64,000 nucleotides of DNA, from contig CM052832.1 of NCBI GenBank assembly GCA_028534125.1, positions 7,938,001-8,002,000 on the forward strand. The letters are read 5' to 3'. Numbering within the stretch: position 1 is the stretch's first letter; each line of letters begins with the position of its first letter. Source of the stretch: Lama glama. Lineage: Eukaryota. Shown in pieces: positions 31,060 to 43,924 of this stretch. The translations under genes and the position numbers were made by a program. Under the pieces are notes generated by a model. That model did no database searches, was not told where the DNA came from, and saw nothing but the letters and a program-made list of their open reading frames with translations.

Positions 31060-32010
31060 ATTTTTAACTTTAATTGAAATAATTAAAAAACAGTGAAATA
31101 CTCAGGGTAAATATAATACAATACACATAATACATGTAACAGAAACTACTATAATAGAATTGAAATCAAATCTGTCAGGTCAATAAATGCAAATGTCCTT
31201 AATTCACCTATTAAAGAAAAAATTTCAAATTGGCTCACAAAGCAAAATCCAATTCTATGTCTGAGAGACAGACCTAAAATAAAGTGATCTTAGAGTCTAA
31301 GAATGGGCAAAAGCATATTAATTAAATGCAAACAAAACGAAGTAAGAGTTGTAACCTTAATATCTGGCAAGGTATGATATAGGGCAAAAAGAATGAAATG
31401 AGAAAAAGAAAGATGTTTTTATATGCTAATGACTACAATTAACAATTTTGTTAATTGCTACTATTGTAAATGGTTATATTTTATAATATAAAATATTTAT
31501 ATATTTTTTATAAAATAAAATTTATATTTTTAATTTAAAAATATTTTTATATTATAAAACATAACCATTAACAATAAACACAGTAATATTTGAACATTTT
31601 GACACACCAACTCTTAATCCAAGTGGACAAAGCTAATAGATAAATATGAGTAAGGAAATACAAGGGCTAAACAGAATAATCAATTAGATAAATCTTCTGG
31701 GTATGCATCTAACTTTGCATCCTGATGAAATAGAATGCACTTTCAAACGCATGTGGAGAGAGTCCCCAAATTAAATGCATATTAGATCACAAGGAAAACT
31801 TTGATAAGTTCCATAAAGTAAAAATAATAAAAACAATATTTTCTGATGGCAAGGTGACAAAAGTAAAAACAAATTACAAAATAAAACCAAAAAGCTCTCC
31901 TGGAAATTCAAAATCTTTCTATCAAGTAATTCTTTAGTCAAAAGGAAAACACCAACACAAAGTGCAGAATTCTTTAAAAAATAAAGATAACCTACATATC
32001 AAAATTTATA
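31060..32010 (+). mobile_element. Ancient L1 ORF2 endonuclease-region remnant
   Basis: A-rich, with degenerate motifs resembling the start of L1 ORF2 (aatgcaaatgtccttaattcacctattaaag; gagacagacctaaa). Confidence 0.55.
31462..31576. repeat. Imperfect AT-rich inverted repeat
   Basis: Left arm tattgtaaatggttatattttataatataaaatattt pairs with right arm aaatatttttatattataaaacataaccattaacaata, with two mismatches and one indel. Confidence 0.85.
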
Positions 32011-32486
32011 AGGTTCAGAATGGAGCTGAGCTAAAATGTAAGATCAGAGGCATGGTACCTCCCTCAAATACAGGAATACTCCAATGGCTTGCGCTCTGCC
32101 TCGTCAAACTCTAACCACCATTCCTGCCTGCACTCATTTAAGTATATGTCTTTCTTTTCCAACAAACTCTTACGTTTTAGAAAACAGGAGCCCTGACTTT
32201 TCACTGCATATAAAACCCATCATAGTGCACACCTAGCACAGCACAGGGCGTCGGATAGTCGGCCAATCACATCTGTTAAGACGTGAGCAGCCCAGCTGCC
32301 AGACTCCAAAGGCACTTGCCCTTAGAGTGTCTCACCAAAACTCCTCTCTACAGCTAGTCCCACCCACCTGTGGGGACTCAAAAGGTACATATGTGTTAGG
32401 AGTCTATGACCTACTCCATAGGAGAAAAATAATGATTGATATTTTCATAAAGATAGGAGAATATAAAACATGGTGAGAGAACTCAC

Positions 32487-32549
32487 TTGGGAACTTGTGG
32501 AAGAGGCTCAAGTGGAATAAATGTATCAAACTTCTTTTCATAAGGCACT
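32487..32549 (-). CDS. SPATS1: SPATS1 coding exon (VPYEKKFDTFIPLEPLPQVP)
   Basis: ctgtttttcag| acceptor, |gtgagt donor, 63 nt (phase 2 to 2). Confidence 0.93.
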
Positions 32550-32739
32550 CTGAAAAACAGAAAAGGCAACCATAAAACTGGTATGGCTTCTGTGGCAAAG
32601 AGGTCATTACATTGTGTGTTCAATAAATTGTCTTATCTCCTGGTTTTAATTGTCACGTATGGGCTTCAAACCCGTTAAGGATGATAATTCTTATTATCTT
32701 TTACCATTTTTTGTAAAGATTATTAAATCAAACATGATT

Positions 32740-33320
32740 AATTTTTATCACGGTATAGTTGATTTACAATATTATATGTTTCAGATGTACAACATAATGA
32801 TTGATAATTTTTCAAGGTTATATTCCATTTATAGTTATTATAAAATACTGATTATATTCCCTGTGCTGTACAATACATCCTTGTAGCTTATTTATTTTAT
32901 ACATAGTAGTTTGTATCTCTTAATCCCCTACCCTTATCTTGCTCCTCCCTTTTCCCTCTCCCCACTGTGACTACTAGTTTGTTCTCTATATATCTGTGAG
33001 TCTGTTCCTTTTTGTTATAGTTACTGGTTTGTTTTATTTTTCAGATTCCATTGTAAGTGATATCATACAGTCTTTGTCTTTGTCTGACTTTTTCACTAAG
33101 CATAGTACCCTCCAAGTTCATCCAAGTTGTTGCAAATGGCAAAATTTCACTCTCTCTTACAGCTGAGTAGTATACCATCGTATACATGTATCACATCTTC
33201 CTTATCCATTCATCTGTTGATGGACACTTAAGTTGTTTCCATATATTGGCTATTGTAAATAATGCTGCTGCAAACACTAGGGTGCATGTATCTTTCAAAT
33301 TAGTGTTTTTGTTTTGTTCA
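32740..33320 (-). mobile_element. L1 3' end (artiodactyl-type)
   Basis: tatagttgatttacaatatt...ccattcatctgttgatggacacttaagttgtttccat, typical reverse-strand L1 3' UTR and ORF2 end. Confidence 0.85.
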
Positions 33321-33655
33321 GAACATGATTCATTTTTAAATAATGTTTCTAAGGTACCACATCAACTATTTTTCTTTTTAATTTCTCCTCAATGCTTCCA
33401 AAGTAAGTCAACTCAAACAGTAGCCACTAACCAACAATCTGATTCAGTATGAAAACTGAACATCCTGTGTATGGTTTCAATTACACATAAACATGTGTGC
33501 ATTCACTAAGGAACTAGATATGGACTTTTTTAGGAATTGTCACCATCTATGTCTTGTTGAGATTTACCCCTTGCAAAATATAATTTATATGTAGTAGAGA
33601 AAAGTACAGTTCCTTTAAAGTTAAGTAAATAACTTAACTATTAACATACACTTAC

Positions 33656-33776
33656 ACTGAAAAATTCACCGGTGGGAGAGTTGATCCTGCTTTGTGGAAG
33701 CCTTTACTCCGTTCTGGGTACATGTATGGATTATCTCCTGGAGTTAACTTCGGGATTCCATTCCTGGGATCAATAT
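33656..33776 (-). CDS. SPATS1: SPATS1 coding exon (DIDPRNGIPKLTPGDNPYMYPEQSKGFHKAGSTLPPVNFS)
   Basis: cattcacag| acceptor, |gtaagt donor, 121 nt (phase 1 to 2). Confidence 0.94.
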
Positions 33777-35869
33777 CTGTGAATGATGTTTAAAAACAAA
33801 ATCATAAGAAGGGCTGAAGATGAGCAACAGATTTGCTGTAAGTATCAACATGACAATGGAAATAGGATAATTTAGTGTTTTATTACGAGGTACATATAGG
33901 TGTCTTAATGTTCTGTTTGTGATTGTCTCATTTTGAGGAGATGAAGATAAAAGTGTGAGCCTGTGTTTGAGACATTTTTATAAAGGTGTTGTTATGATTA
34001 CCTCAACCTGGGAAAGAAGAACAGCTTACGTCTGGATGGGATGTTTTGGTTTAAAATGAAAAGTGAATCAGAGGTATCTGCAATGTTGAAATCTTTTCAC
34101 TCCTGAGCATTAGTGCACACTGAATCCTTGACTCCTATAAAGCAATCTCCTCTAAAAATATATAAACCTAAATACCTTCCCCGCCAAAATGAAATAATTA
34201 AGTAATACAATAATAAATAAAATATTTTCAAAAAGTAAATGAGATTATTATGATGATCTAAATCCCAACCCTCACCCATCACTTCCCTCCTAACTCAAAA
34301 GTAAACATTATCCTCAATTTTGTGTTTTTTTATCCTTCCTTCCTTTTTCTTGTTTTCATAAATACTGAGTAAATGCAAAGGTATGTTTATGAAGTATTTA
34401 TTGAATATATAGAATAAAATATCACAAGCACTTGGGTGCTTCTCACTCCATTTAAGAAATAGAATATTTTCTTTATACTTGAAGCCTCCAAAAGGCCTCT
34501 CCCTGAATACAGCATCTTTTCTTTTCTTCCCCCTATTCCACTGGTAACCCCAACTCTACCTTTCTTACAAACAAAAACTTTTTATTAGGGACGTTTTCAA
34601 ACATGTGCCAAGTTTGGGAGAAAAGCGTAATGTAACATGATGTTCCCATCACTTAACTTCAACTGTCAACACATGACTAATCTTGTTTCATCTTTACCCT
34701 CCTCTGCCCTCAGGGAACATTTTAAAGCAAGTTTCAGACCTCATATAATTTCAACTGTGAATATACCAGTATGTGCCTCTGATCGATAAGGATTATTTTT
34801 ATCAACATGACCATAATACCTTTCTCATATCTTAAAAAAAATTCCTTTATCTCATCAAATATTCAATCAGTGTTCAAATATCCAGTTGTCTCATGAATGC
34901 CACAATTTAAAAATGTTTATAGTTTGTTCAAATCAGGATCCAAATAAGATCCACATAGCAATCAGTTGATGTGTCTTAAGTCTCTTTGAATATATAGGTC
35001 CTCCCTCCCTTTTTTCCTTGCAACTTATTTGATGAAGAAACTAGGTCATTTGTTCTGTAGAGTTTGCCACAGTTGAGATTCTGCTGATTTCACCCCTTGG
35101 TACCATTTAATGGGTTCCTCTGTCCTAGGTATTTCCTGTAAATTGATGTTTGGCTCTGTAGGCTTGATTTGTTTTGGTGTAATTGCTTCCTAGGTGATGT
35201 TGTTCAATGGCTTCTTTAAGCATCAAATGTGATGATTCTTTTTTTTATTTCTTCTCTTCCTTGATCTCACCGCAACACTTGATACTGCTAAGCTTGACAC
35301 TGGACACAAATTCTCTCTCTCCTCATTCTTTCTTGGACAAGATGGAGAGGCAGCATCAGGGACCACCAGTCAGCTGCCATTTTGAACTGGAATTCAACAC
35401 ATTTATTATAGAAAAAGGTCAATCAAAAATGGTTGACTCTAAGCCATCAGCTATGATCAAGCCACTGGTGGAGATCCCTTAAGGCCTAATTTGTTGCCAT
35501 AGAAGGAAGAACAAAATGGTCTATGGTCATAGGTTGTAGGGAAACAGATCTGAAAATATAATTTTTCTCTTGTATAGGCCTCCTATGGTACAGCATATTG
35601 GATCAGTCAGAATAGGATGGCTTCTGCAGTAACAAATAATCCCTGAAATCTCAGCAGCTCAATCATTGGTGTTTACTTCTTTCTCTTGCAAAGTTCACTG
35701 TGGATTCAGCAGCTCTCAAGGGTAGCTCCCTTCCAAGCCGCGACTAAAGGATCTTTTTCCTTTTTCGCCTTATGACTTCTCCATCTCAACATGAGGTTTC
35801 ATGTTGAGGTTAAGGCTGCCGTAGCAAGAGAAAGAGAAAGTGCTGGAGGGTCACAACCAGTTCTTAAGT

Positions 35870-35969
35870 CTTTTTTCTTTTCTTTTTTTTAATGGAGGTA
35901 CCAGGGATTTAACCCAGGACCTTGTGCATGTTAAGCATGTGCTCTACCACTTGAGCTATACCCACCTCC
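35870..35969 (-). mobile_element. tRNA-derived SINE
   Basis: Reverse complement of the same SINE consensus, with a T-rich tail on the + strand. Confidence 0.85.
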
Positions 35970-38140
35970 TCATTTACTTTTGATATATACTTATAGTTGG
36001 CCCAGTTCTGGCCAGTGAGACATGAATGGGAGGAAGTCTCCCAAGGACCATATGGGAAAACTTTTCCTTCCTTCTAAAAGGGGAAGGCAACAAGAGATTT
36101 TCCTTTTTCATGTCTTGAATAAAAACATGATCCTTGGGACTGCAACAGTTCTCTTGTGAACATAAGGTGACAAGCATGAAGACAAAAAAAAAAAAAAACC
36201 AACACTCAGAATAATAACACAAAAAAACAAAATGAGCCTGTATCTTTGATGACATCATTCGGCAACCAGACCATATAGGTCACCAAGATTCCAAAGCTTC
36301 TTGTTCATTACATGATAAATATCTTATGATCTAAGCCTCTGATAATTTGATTTTTCTCTTACTTGTGGCCAAGAGCATGCCTAAGTAATATACAGCTAAA
36401 CTTGGTCCCTTCTTGATTTTTCTCAATTATTTCAGATTTAAACCAGTTAAGTAAATCCTTCCTGTTCTACCCTATGGCTGTACCCCAGTAAGGAGTGGGA
36501 AGTAGGGGTGTGCACAGCAGGCTTACATGACATCAAAGCTTTAGTGGAGGGCTTTGGGTCCTGGCTCACTGTCTGCAAACCACACTGGTAGCTGCTACTT
36601 TCTGAGACGTGGCATCTATTTCTGTGGTCCACTAAAATGCATCATAGAGTCCAATCCTCTGGAAGTCATCCTCCTCTCCAATGCACCAGGTGAAGCATAA
36701 ATCTGTTCTTAGATGGTCTCTTGCCTGATGGTTTACTATGCGTCACACCGTGGCCCCCGGCATGCCAGTTGTAAGCCCAGCTCTCCCGGCTTGCTCTCTC
36801 TTGCTCTCGGTCCTAATGGCCACAGTCTTTACAAGGCACAGAAACGCTCCTATTCTTCCACCTCTCCTGGTGAGACCCTGAGGCTGGCTTTCTGCCCAAA
36901 CCTCCACAGCTATTATTACTTTCCTGCTCTGGGTCAGGCCAGAAGCCACTTCAATTTGAAGCTCAAGGTCTACCCCCAGCTACACTGTGAGGCGGAAGCC
37001 CCAGCTAGATGCACTTCTGACCACTGCTAGATTTTGATCTCAGGAGTCAGGCAGGATGCAGGGCTCCTCAAATTCCCCATATCAGTGACTGCTTTCCCAT
37101 CTCCTCTAGCATGGCTTTTGGTGTCTCCTCTAGCCAAACAAAAGCCTTCCAATAATGTATAAAAGATCCAGTTATCTACATCCTCTCCAGCATTTGGGAG
37201 CAATTGTATTCCTGGGCAATTGTATTCCTGGCATTTATCCCAGAGAAATGAAAACTTGTACATGATTGTTTATAAAAGCGTTATTTGTAATAACTAAAAA
37301 TACAGAAGCAATAATAATGTTTTACAGCAGGTCTGGTTAAACAAAATGTGTATCCATACCATGGAAAATACTTGTCAATAAAAAGGAACCAACTTTGGAT
37401 TAAAAAAAAAAGAAGCCTTGGTTTCCAAAACTATCTGTATCTGCTATGAGCTTCAAAGTCTAACCAAAAGCTCAAAAATGAGAACTTCCTGTTTCTTTCT
37501 GTTTGCATTCTTGCTACAGCAATCTTATTCTTCCCTGAAGCAATGGCTGACTCCTACACAGGTATTTCTCTGGAAGAGCGTGCCCTAAATGGTCCCTTGA
37601 TACTCAGCAACTCTTTAGGGTCTTTCAATAAATCTATGATGGGTAGGTTGGGACAAAGAACTCAACAACTTACAAACTGAAGATATACATCTTCTCATCT
37701 CAATTAAGTAAGCTATGAAATAACAACATGCACTTCAGGCTAAGGTTTACGGATGTTTTCCTTGAGAAGAATCTAAAGTATGATTTAAATGCATGTGACA
37801 GGCAGCATCTAACTGAAACGTAAATTATTTTCTTCGGGCTTCAATGAAGGTTTCTATTAATAAGCATCTGAGAGAACTTATCTGATGACTTGAATGTCAC
37901 ATTAGCATTTTATGAAATTCAGAGAAAAACATAAATGTGGATCAGCATATGGTGTGAGTTCTTTGCCAAAAAGTGCAGCCTGCCAACCATCCCCTTCACT
38001 TTCCTATCTTCCTGGCTGCCTTAGGGTGACACGGTAACCTGGCAGGGCTGCCCCCAGCCACGGGATGCTGGGCCTGCAGAATCACGACTCACAAGTATTT
38101 TCAGGCATTGCACAGTTAAGGTCCGGGAGGAAAACATTAC

Positions 38141-38302
38141 CGTATTTCTTCCTTCCAAAGCACTTTTCCACTGTCCTCTCTGATAGAGATCTCCGGTTGC
38201 CAAGGAAGACTCCATTAAAGAAGCACTGCTTTCCAACATGGTAGGTGTGGAGGTTGCTGCTAAACCTCGGGTAAAATGTCCACTCAGGACGCTGTCCATC
38301 TT
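38141..38302 (-). CDS. SPATS1: SPATS1 coding exon (KDGQRPEWTFYPRFSSNLHTYHVGKQCFFNGVFLGNRRSLSERTVEKCFGRKKY)
   Basis: tcctgcag| acceptor, |gtaatg donor, 162 nt (phase 1 to 1). Confidence 0.94.
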
Positions 38303-38612
38303 CTGCAGGACATCAGAGATCCTCCCATCAACAATGCTCCCAGCCTCACGATGTAGTTGGAGGACAAAAAGTTGTGAAAGCCGCCCCCTCCCCCAGCACT
38401 ATCTGGCTGTACCACCTTCATCAATGTGTATAATTCCCTGGTTCTACATCAGAGGTATTGTCAGCCTCTGTGGGACAGGGCACAAAGGAAGGGAAGTACA
38501 GAGAAAGCTATCTAAGAGGGCTCTTTCCCCACCCCCCTTTTATCCTTCCCTGCAAAAATGAAGCCAATTTTATGGTTGGAAGTGATGTAGAGTTAGGAAG
38601 CTCAGAGATAGT

Positions 38613-38703
38613 ATTTTTTTTTTTAACAGAGGTACTGGGGATTGAACCCAGGACCTCATACATGCTGAGCATGTGCTCTACCACTGAGATATACCCTCAC
38701 CCT
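38613..38703 (-). mobile_element. tRNA-derived SINE with 12-bp TSD
   Basis: Reverse-complement SINE flanked by ctcagagatagt at 38601-38612 and 38704-38715. Confidence 0.9.
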
Positions 38704-39645
38704 CTCAGAGATAGTTCTATAAGCACTATGATCCAACCTTTACTCTAACAAGTGTGTAGGAAGAACAGACTGCCCATCAACTAGGGAGGCGCTGGGACAA
38801 CCATGGCATCTTAACCAGATGGTACATGTTGTTGGCAGCAACAATGGCACATAAGTGGACGGACTACAGTGACACGGGGAAATGTGTGCATGCGATTACG
38901 GCCAACCAGAAAGCCTGCTGTGAGATCTTAGGCTAGTTACTAGACCTCTCAGTGTCTCTGTTTCCTCACAATAAAAGATCCCCTAACAGCTCTAGAGTTG
39001 CTTGAGAAACTCTTGGGCTCTTTGATGGTTAAGAAGGAACACAGGCTTTGGAGGCAGGCAAGTTTGGGTACTAATCCCATCCCTCCACTTTCTAGCTACG
39101 TGTACTTGTATCAGTGACTGAATCTCTCCAAGCCTCAGTTTCCTCTCTGTAAAATGGGTAGGTCTATATTAGCCACGTAAATCTACATGTATGGACACAG
39201 AAAGAGGTCCATGATCTGTTTACTTTGAGCAGAAAATAATGTGTATACTATTTTCTACTAGTGAAAATATGGTGGCATACTACAATCTATAAATTCATAT
39301 ATACATACATACACGTTTCAAAATTCTGTAAGAATATATATCAAACTCTTCAGAGCTATGGGGTGAATGGAAAGATTATTGGAGAATATTGGGGAAGAGG
39401 TTTTTATACTCTAAATATTTCTTTATTATTTTAATACTTTGCTACAGTAGTTTTATGGTTTTTATATAAAGGCATTATTTTTGAAAAACACATGACTATA
39501 GCTCCCCAGCAGAGGTGTTGTGAGAACTAGAGACGAAGTGTGTTGAATGCCTGGCACCTCAGTGAATGGTACCCAACAGTATGGCAGACTTCTTGAAAGA
39601 CCCTGGGCGTAGAGGCGGGTGGAGGAGGATCTATGACGTACTCAC

Positions 39646-39767
39646 TTGTCTGCAGCTTAAGCAGGCTGAATTCCTGGGGATATTTATCCTTTGGGACTTC
39701 AGGCAATGAGGTTTCAGAGGAGTGATCAGAATGTGAGGAGGAGAGCAGATCCAAATCTGCAGCAGGG
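39646..39767 (-). CDS. SPATS1: SPATS1 coding exon (PAADLDLLSSSHSDHSSETSLPEVPKDKYPQEFSLLKLQT)
   Basis: cctcctctccag| acceptor, |gtgagt donor, 122 nt (phase 2 to 1); overlaps ORF 39527..39754. Confidence 0.92.
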
Positions 39768-39974
39768 CTGGAGAGGAGGCAGAAGGATTAGCTTCTTCTG
39801 TGTGCTTAAATCGGCAGTTAGAACCTGATCTTATAGACCTTACACTAGAATTGGCCTCACGGATGAGGACTAAGATTGCTCCTTGGTAAAAGTCCATGAG
39901 TATAATATTTATTTATTCATAATCTGAGGGGACTGAAACATATTCAAAGGTGCATGCTTAAAAGCAGTTTGGTG

Positions 39975-40920
39975 TCAGAAAGTTAAACATAGAAATACCA
40001 TATAACCCAGAAATTCCACTCCTGGCACAAACCCAAAAGAATTGAAAACAGAGTCAAATAGATACTCATATAAGATGTTCATTGAGGCATTATTCATCAG
40101 AGCCAAAGATGGAAACAACCCAAATGTCTGTTGACAGATGAATGGGTATATAAAATGTGGTATCTACCTACAATGGAATATTATTCAGACATAAAATGGA
40201 ATGAAGTTCTGATACATTCTACAACATGGATGAACCTTGAAAACATTAAGGAAAGTGAAATAAGCCAAACACAAAAGGACAAATATCGCATGATCCCACT
40301 TTACCTAGAATAGGTAAATTCCTAGAGACAGAAAGTAGATTAGAGTACCAGGAACTGGGGAGAGGGTAGAAGGGAGAATTATTGCTTAATGGGTACAGAG
40401 TTTCTGTTTGGGGTGATGAAAATGTTTTGAAAATAGTAGTAACAGTTGCACAACATTGTGAGTGTAATTAATGCCACTGAATTGTACACTTAAAATGGAT
40501 AAAATGCAAATGTTATGTCGTATATACATTTACCACAATTTTTTTTAAAAAAAGAATGATACATGTTACGACACAGATGAATCTTGAAAAAATTAGGCTG
40601 AATGAAAGAAGCCAAACACCAAAGACACATATTGGTGACTCCATTTATATGAAATATTCAGAACAGGTAAATCCATAGAGATAAAAAAGTAGATTAGTGG
40701 TGGTCCAGATCTGGGGGGGATAGGGGACATGATGGGGTGAGTGCTAAAGAGTATAGGCTTCTTTGAGGGGGGGTGATAAAAAGGTTCTAAACTTGACTGT
40801 GGTGATGGTTGCACAACTCTATGAATACACTAAAAGCCACTAAGTTGTACAATTTCAACTGGTAAATTACATGGTATGTGAATTACACTTCTGTAAAACC
40901 GTTAGTCAAAAAGATAAAAT
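39975..40920 (+). mobile_element. Old L1 (L1M-type) 3' fragments
   Basis: ORF 40131..40313 (DEWVYKMWYLPTMEYYSDIKWNE...WMNLENI) is L1 ORF2 C-terminal-like and is followed by L1M 3' UTR motifs, present twice. Confidence 0.8.
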
Positions 40921-41448
40921 AAAATAAAACCAGTTCAATAAAACCAGTAAATGGAAATTAAAAAAAGAAAATCAGTATAAAGAGACGAGGAAGAAATAAT
41001 CAAAAACAAACCTAGACTGAAATGGTTATAATAATAAAGCATTATGTTTAGCATCAGACTTCCTGGCAGTTAAAAAGGCCTGCAACAAACAATTGTAAGT
41101 GTCAGCAGAAAGGGTGTCCCTTCTGGTCTAAGCGGCCTTGCATTTGATAGACAGACTTGGACAATGTTTTTAGGTATAATTATCTGTTATAAAGTCATAG
41201 GATCATTTTTCATAGTATTACATCGCCCTTATATTTGAACAGTTTCAAACCAACTTCATATTGGTTGTCTTGCTTGCTCCCTAGGAACAATCCTGTGATA
41301 CAGGTAGGGCTGATATAATCATTTCCATTTGAAAAGGAAATGGGCCCTCAAAGAAGTTAGCGAGAAAACGCACCCAGACAGGGGCAGAGCTGAAAATGCA
41401 GTTTAACTCCAGACTATGTTGCCTAAAAATCATAAAGAAACCTAGTTC

Positions 41449-41694
41449 CGGGGAGGTGGGTATAGCCCAGTAGTGGAGTGCATGCCTTGCATGCACGAGG
41501 TGCTGGATTCAACCCCCAGTACTTCTATTAAAAAAAAAAATTTATCATAAGAAGAGGGGAGAGTAGAGCTCAGTGGTGGAGTGTATGCCTAGCATGTAAG
41601 AGGTCCTGGGTTCAATCCCCAGTACCTCCATTTTATAAACAAACAAACAAACCTAATGACCTCCCCTCACCAAAAATCAAAAATTAAAAAAAAA
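41449..41694 (+). mobile_element. Two tandem tRNA-derived SINEs (~41449-41539 and ~41555-41694)
   Basis: Two copies, each with A/B boxes and an A tail; cctagttcc flanks the pair. Confidence 0.88.
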
Positions 41695-42981
41695 AGGATC
41701 CTAGTTCCATAACTCCCAAGTCTTATATAGCTTGATCTCCAGTTTTAAATAAACATATCTAGGGTATCTTTGAATTTCTGTAGTGTGTGGGTAGAGCAGA
41801 AATGCAGTAACTCAGAGCACCCCCACCCCAGTTCAAAACATGATAATTTTGACACTGGGGTAAAATATATCTCTCCTAAATATTTTTTTATGTATTTATG
41901 TTTGCTGAACAAACTCAGTAGAAAAGATTGCAAGGATAAAGGAAACTTTCCAAAAGAACTTTAGAAATATCCACTTACTTTGTTTACTCAACAAACATTT
42001 AATAAGTATGCTTTGTGGCAGGCACTGTTCTGGAGACTGGGGATCCAAACAGTCCCTGCTCTCAGGAGCTTAGGGTCAAGGGGGAAAGGACATGGAAACA
42101 GATAAACAGGTGATTGTAGAAGAATAGGTAAGTGCAGAGTTGGAAAAAGTAGATTTTGCAAAAACGCTCGTATGATCTTAATTGTGAAAAATAAATACAA
42201 ATGTATATGTATAAGAAAGAAATAGATTTTTTTCTCATGCATTTGAAAAAAATAAAATGTTAACATTAAGTCTCTAAGAGATGGGATATTGTGATTGTTA
42301 TTTTTAATACTGTTTTTATATTTTCAAAATTTCTACCAATGAACTTAAATTACTTTCATTATAACAAAAATTTGTTTAAAAAAGGTTTTCAAAACTTTTT
42401 ACTGTAAAGGAAATATAAACAGAGAAAAGTACATAAAACATACAGCTTTACAAATAATTACGAAGCCAACATCCAGGACGAGAAATAAAACATAGTCAGC
42501 CCTTTCCTCCCACTTGCCAGAAACCATCTGTGTGTCTCTTTCTTAGAGAAGTAACCACTATCCTGAGTCTGACTGTTATGGTAATCATTTCTTTGCTTTT
42601 CTTTAAGATTTACCACCTGTGTATGTGTGTATTCCCACAAAATATATAGTTTAATTTCCCCTGATTTTGAACGTTGTAACAGCAAGCCCTTATTGTACGC
42701 CAGGAGCCTTCAAATCACTTTATATGCATTAATGCTTTTAATCCTCCCAGCAATCCTGTGAAGTATTATCTCCATTTTGCAGATAAGAAAGCTGAGGCCC
42801 AGGGAGGAGAAGTCATAACTGCCCAAGTCCACACAGGTACCAAGTGACACAGTGAGTTTTGAACCCGGTCTAGCTCCAGAATCTACGCTCTTGACAAACA
42901 TGTCACATCACCTCTCAGACTGTTGGCTCCCTGCCCAGAATTTATCCCAATGCTTACAGCTCTTCACTGGACCTTACTTAC

Positions 42982-43129
42982 ACTAGGTAAACAGATGCTC
43001 CCCTGGGGCCGAGAGGCCCACTGACACTTGGACCTGTTTCAACAGAAGATGAGGGGCTGACGTTTCTGCCAGAGGATGTTGGGTTGGCAGAGCATCCCTT
43101 AGATTCCAGAAAATCATTCTGTTTAGTAC
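42982..43129 (-). CDS. SPATS1: SPATS1 coding exon (GTKQNDFLESKGCSANPTSSGRNVSPSSSVETGPSVSGPLGPRGASVYL)
   Basis: tgttgcag| acceptor, |gtaagt donor, 148 nt (phase 1 to 2); not shown in the ORF track. Confidence 0.88.
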
Positions 43130-43872
43130 CTGCAACACATTGATAAAAATACCTTCTACTTTATCTTTTTTCCCAGATGATAAATAATTCCTATTTTTTT
43201 CATTTATTTTTTTAAAAACTTAACATTTGAGCATTTATTGTGTACTGCAGACCATCTTAGATACTTTATCCCATTTAATTCTTATAACAACCCGCAGACG
43301 TAGGTATTACTTATCCTTCCATTTTACAGATGAGGAAACTGAGGCTCAGAAGGTTACACAACTAAGATCATATAGAAAATAAACATGTTGGCTCAGATTG
43401 GATCACAGTTCTTCTAACACTAAAGTCCAAAATCCTAACCTCTGTGCCAGACTGCTAGCCCGTCCACATGGCTCCCCTACTCTGAACTAAGTGGAAGAGA
43501 GAAGATCTGAATCGAACTCTACACCACTGTGCATTGTATTGAGCATCTCAATACAGTATCTCAAAGGATTTGTTCAAAGAAAGACTAATGAATATAGCTG
43601 GTGACCGTAATCCAAAGAAATGTCTCCAGAACTTCAATGGGTTCCCCTCCCATGGCAGTGTCATCCTTCATTTATACACATCTTCCCCACCAGACTGTGC
43701 CCTATTCATCTTAGGAGCACTCAGAGCTGTCTGTGCATGGCTCAAAATAGATGTTCATTAAATGTTTGAGTGAATAAATGGAAAAGAAGTATAACTTCCC
43801 AAACACCCACCATGGCAAGTAAGGGAGTCCTGAAAGCCAGTGATGGTCAAATAGAGAAGCACAACCCATTAC

Positions 43873-43924
43873 CTTCACTTTGCTCTACAGTGACTGATTC
43901 CTGAAAGTCAGTCAGTTCTCTCAT
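43873..43924 (-). CDS. SPATS1: Candidate SPATS1 initiator coding segment (MRELTDFQESVTVEQSE), inside a putative 82-nt exon at 43873-43954
   Basis: ctgactttcttttaag| acceptor, in-frame ATG at 43922-43924, AAG|gtaatg phase-1 donor matching the phase-1 acceptor at 43129. Sequence-only inference with no recognised homology. Confidence 0.5.

Larger units (their letters stand above)
29656..43129 (-). other. SPATS1: SPATS1 gene body, recognisable coding exons
   Basis: Seven exons splice in phase to ...DFLESKGC...SHSDHSSETSLPEVPKDKYPQEFSLLKLQTKDGQRPEWTFYPRFSSN...DIDPRNGIPKLTPGDNPYMYPEQSKGFHKAG...LPFWVKEKANKLKNEIQEVEELDNWQPAVP, matching recalled mammalian SPATS1. SPATS1 directly upstream of CDC5L on the same strand is the known synteny (human 6p21.1). 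Confidence 0.93.

Noticed and set aside
35784..35808. Short hairpins (ctcaacatga-ggtt-tcatgttgag; also tgtattgag-cat-ctcaataca at ~43535-43556) as miRNA or ncRNA candidates
   Set aside because: Stems of 9-10 bp are too short for pre-miRNAs and are plausible by chance or within repeats.
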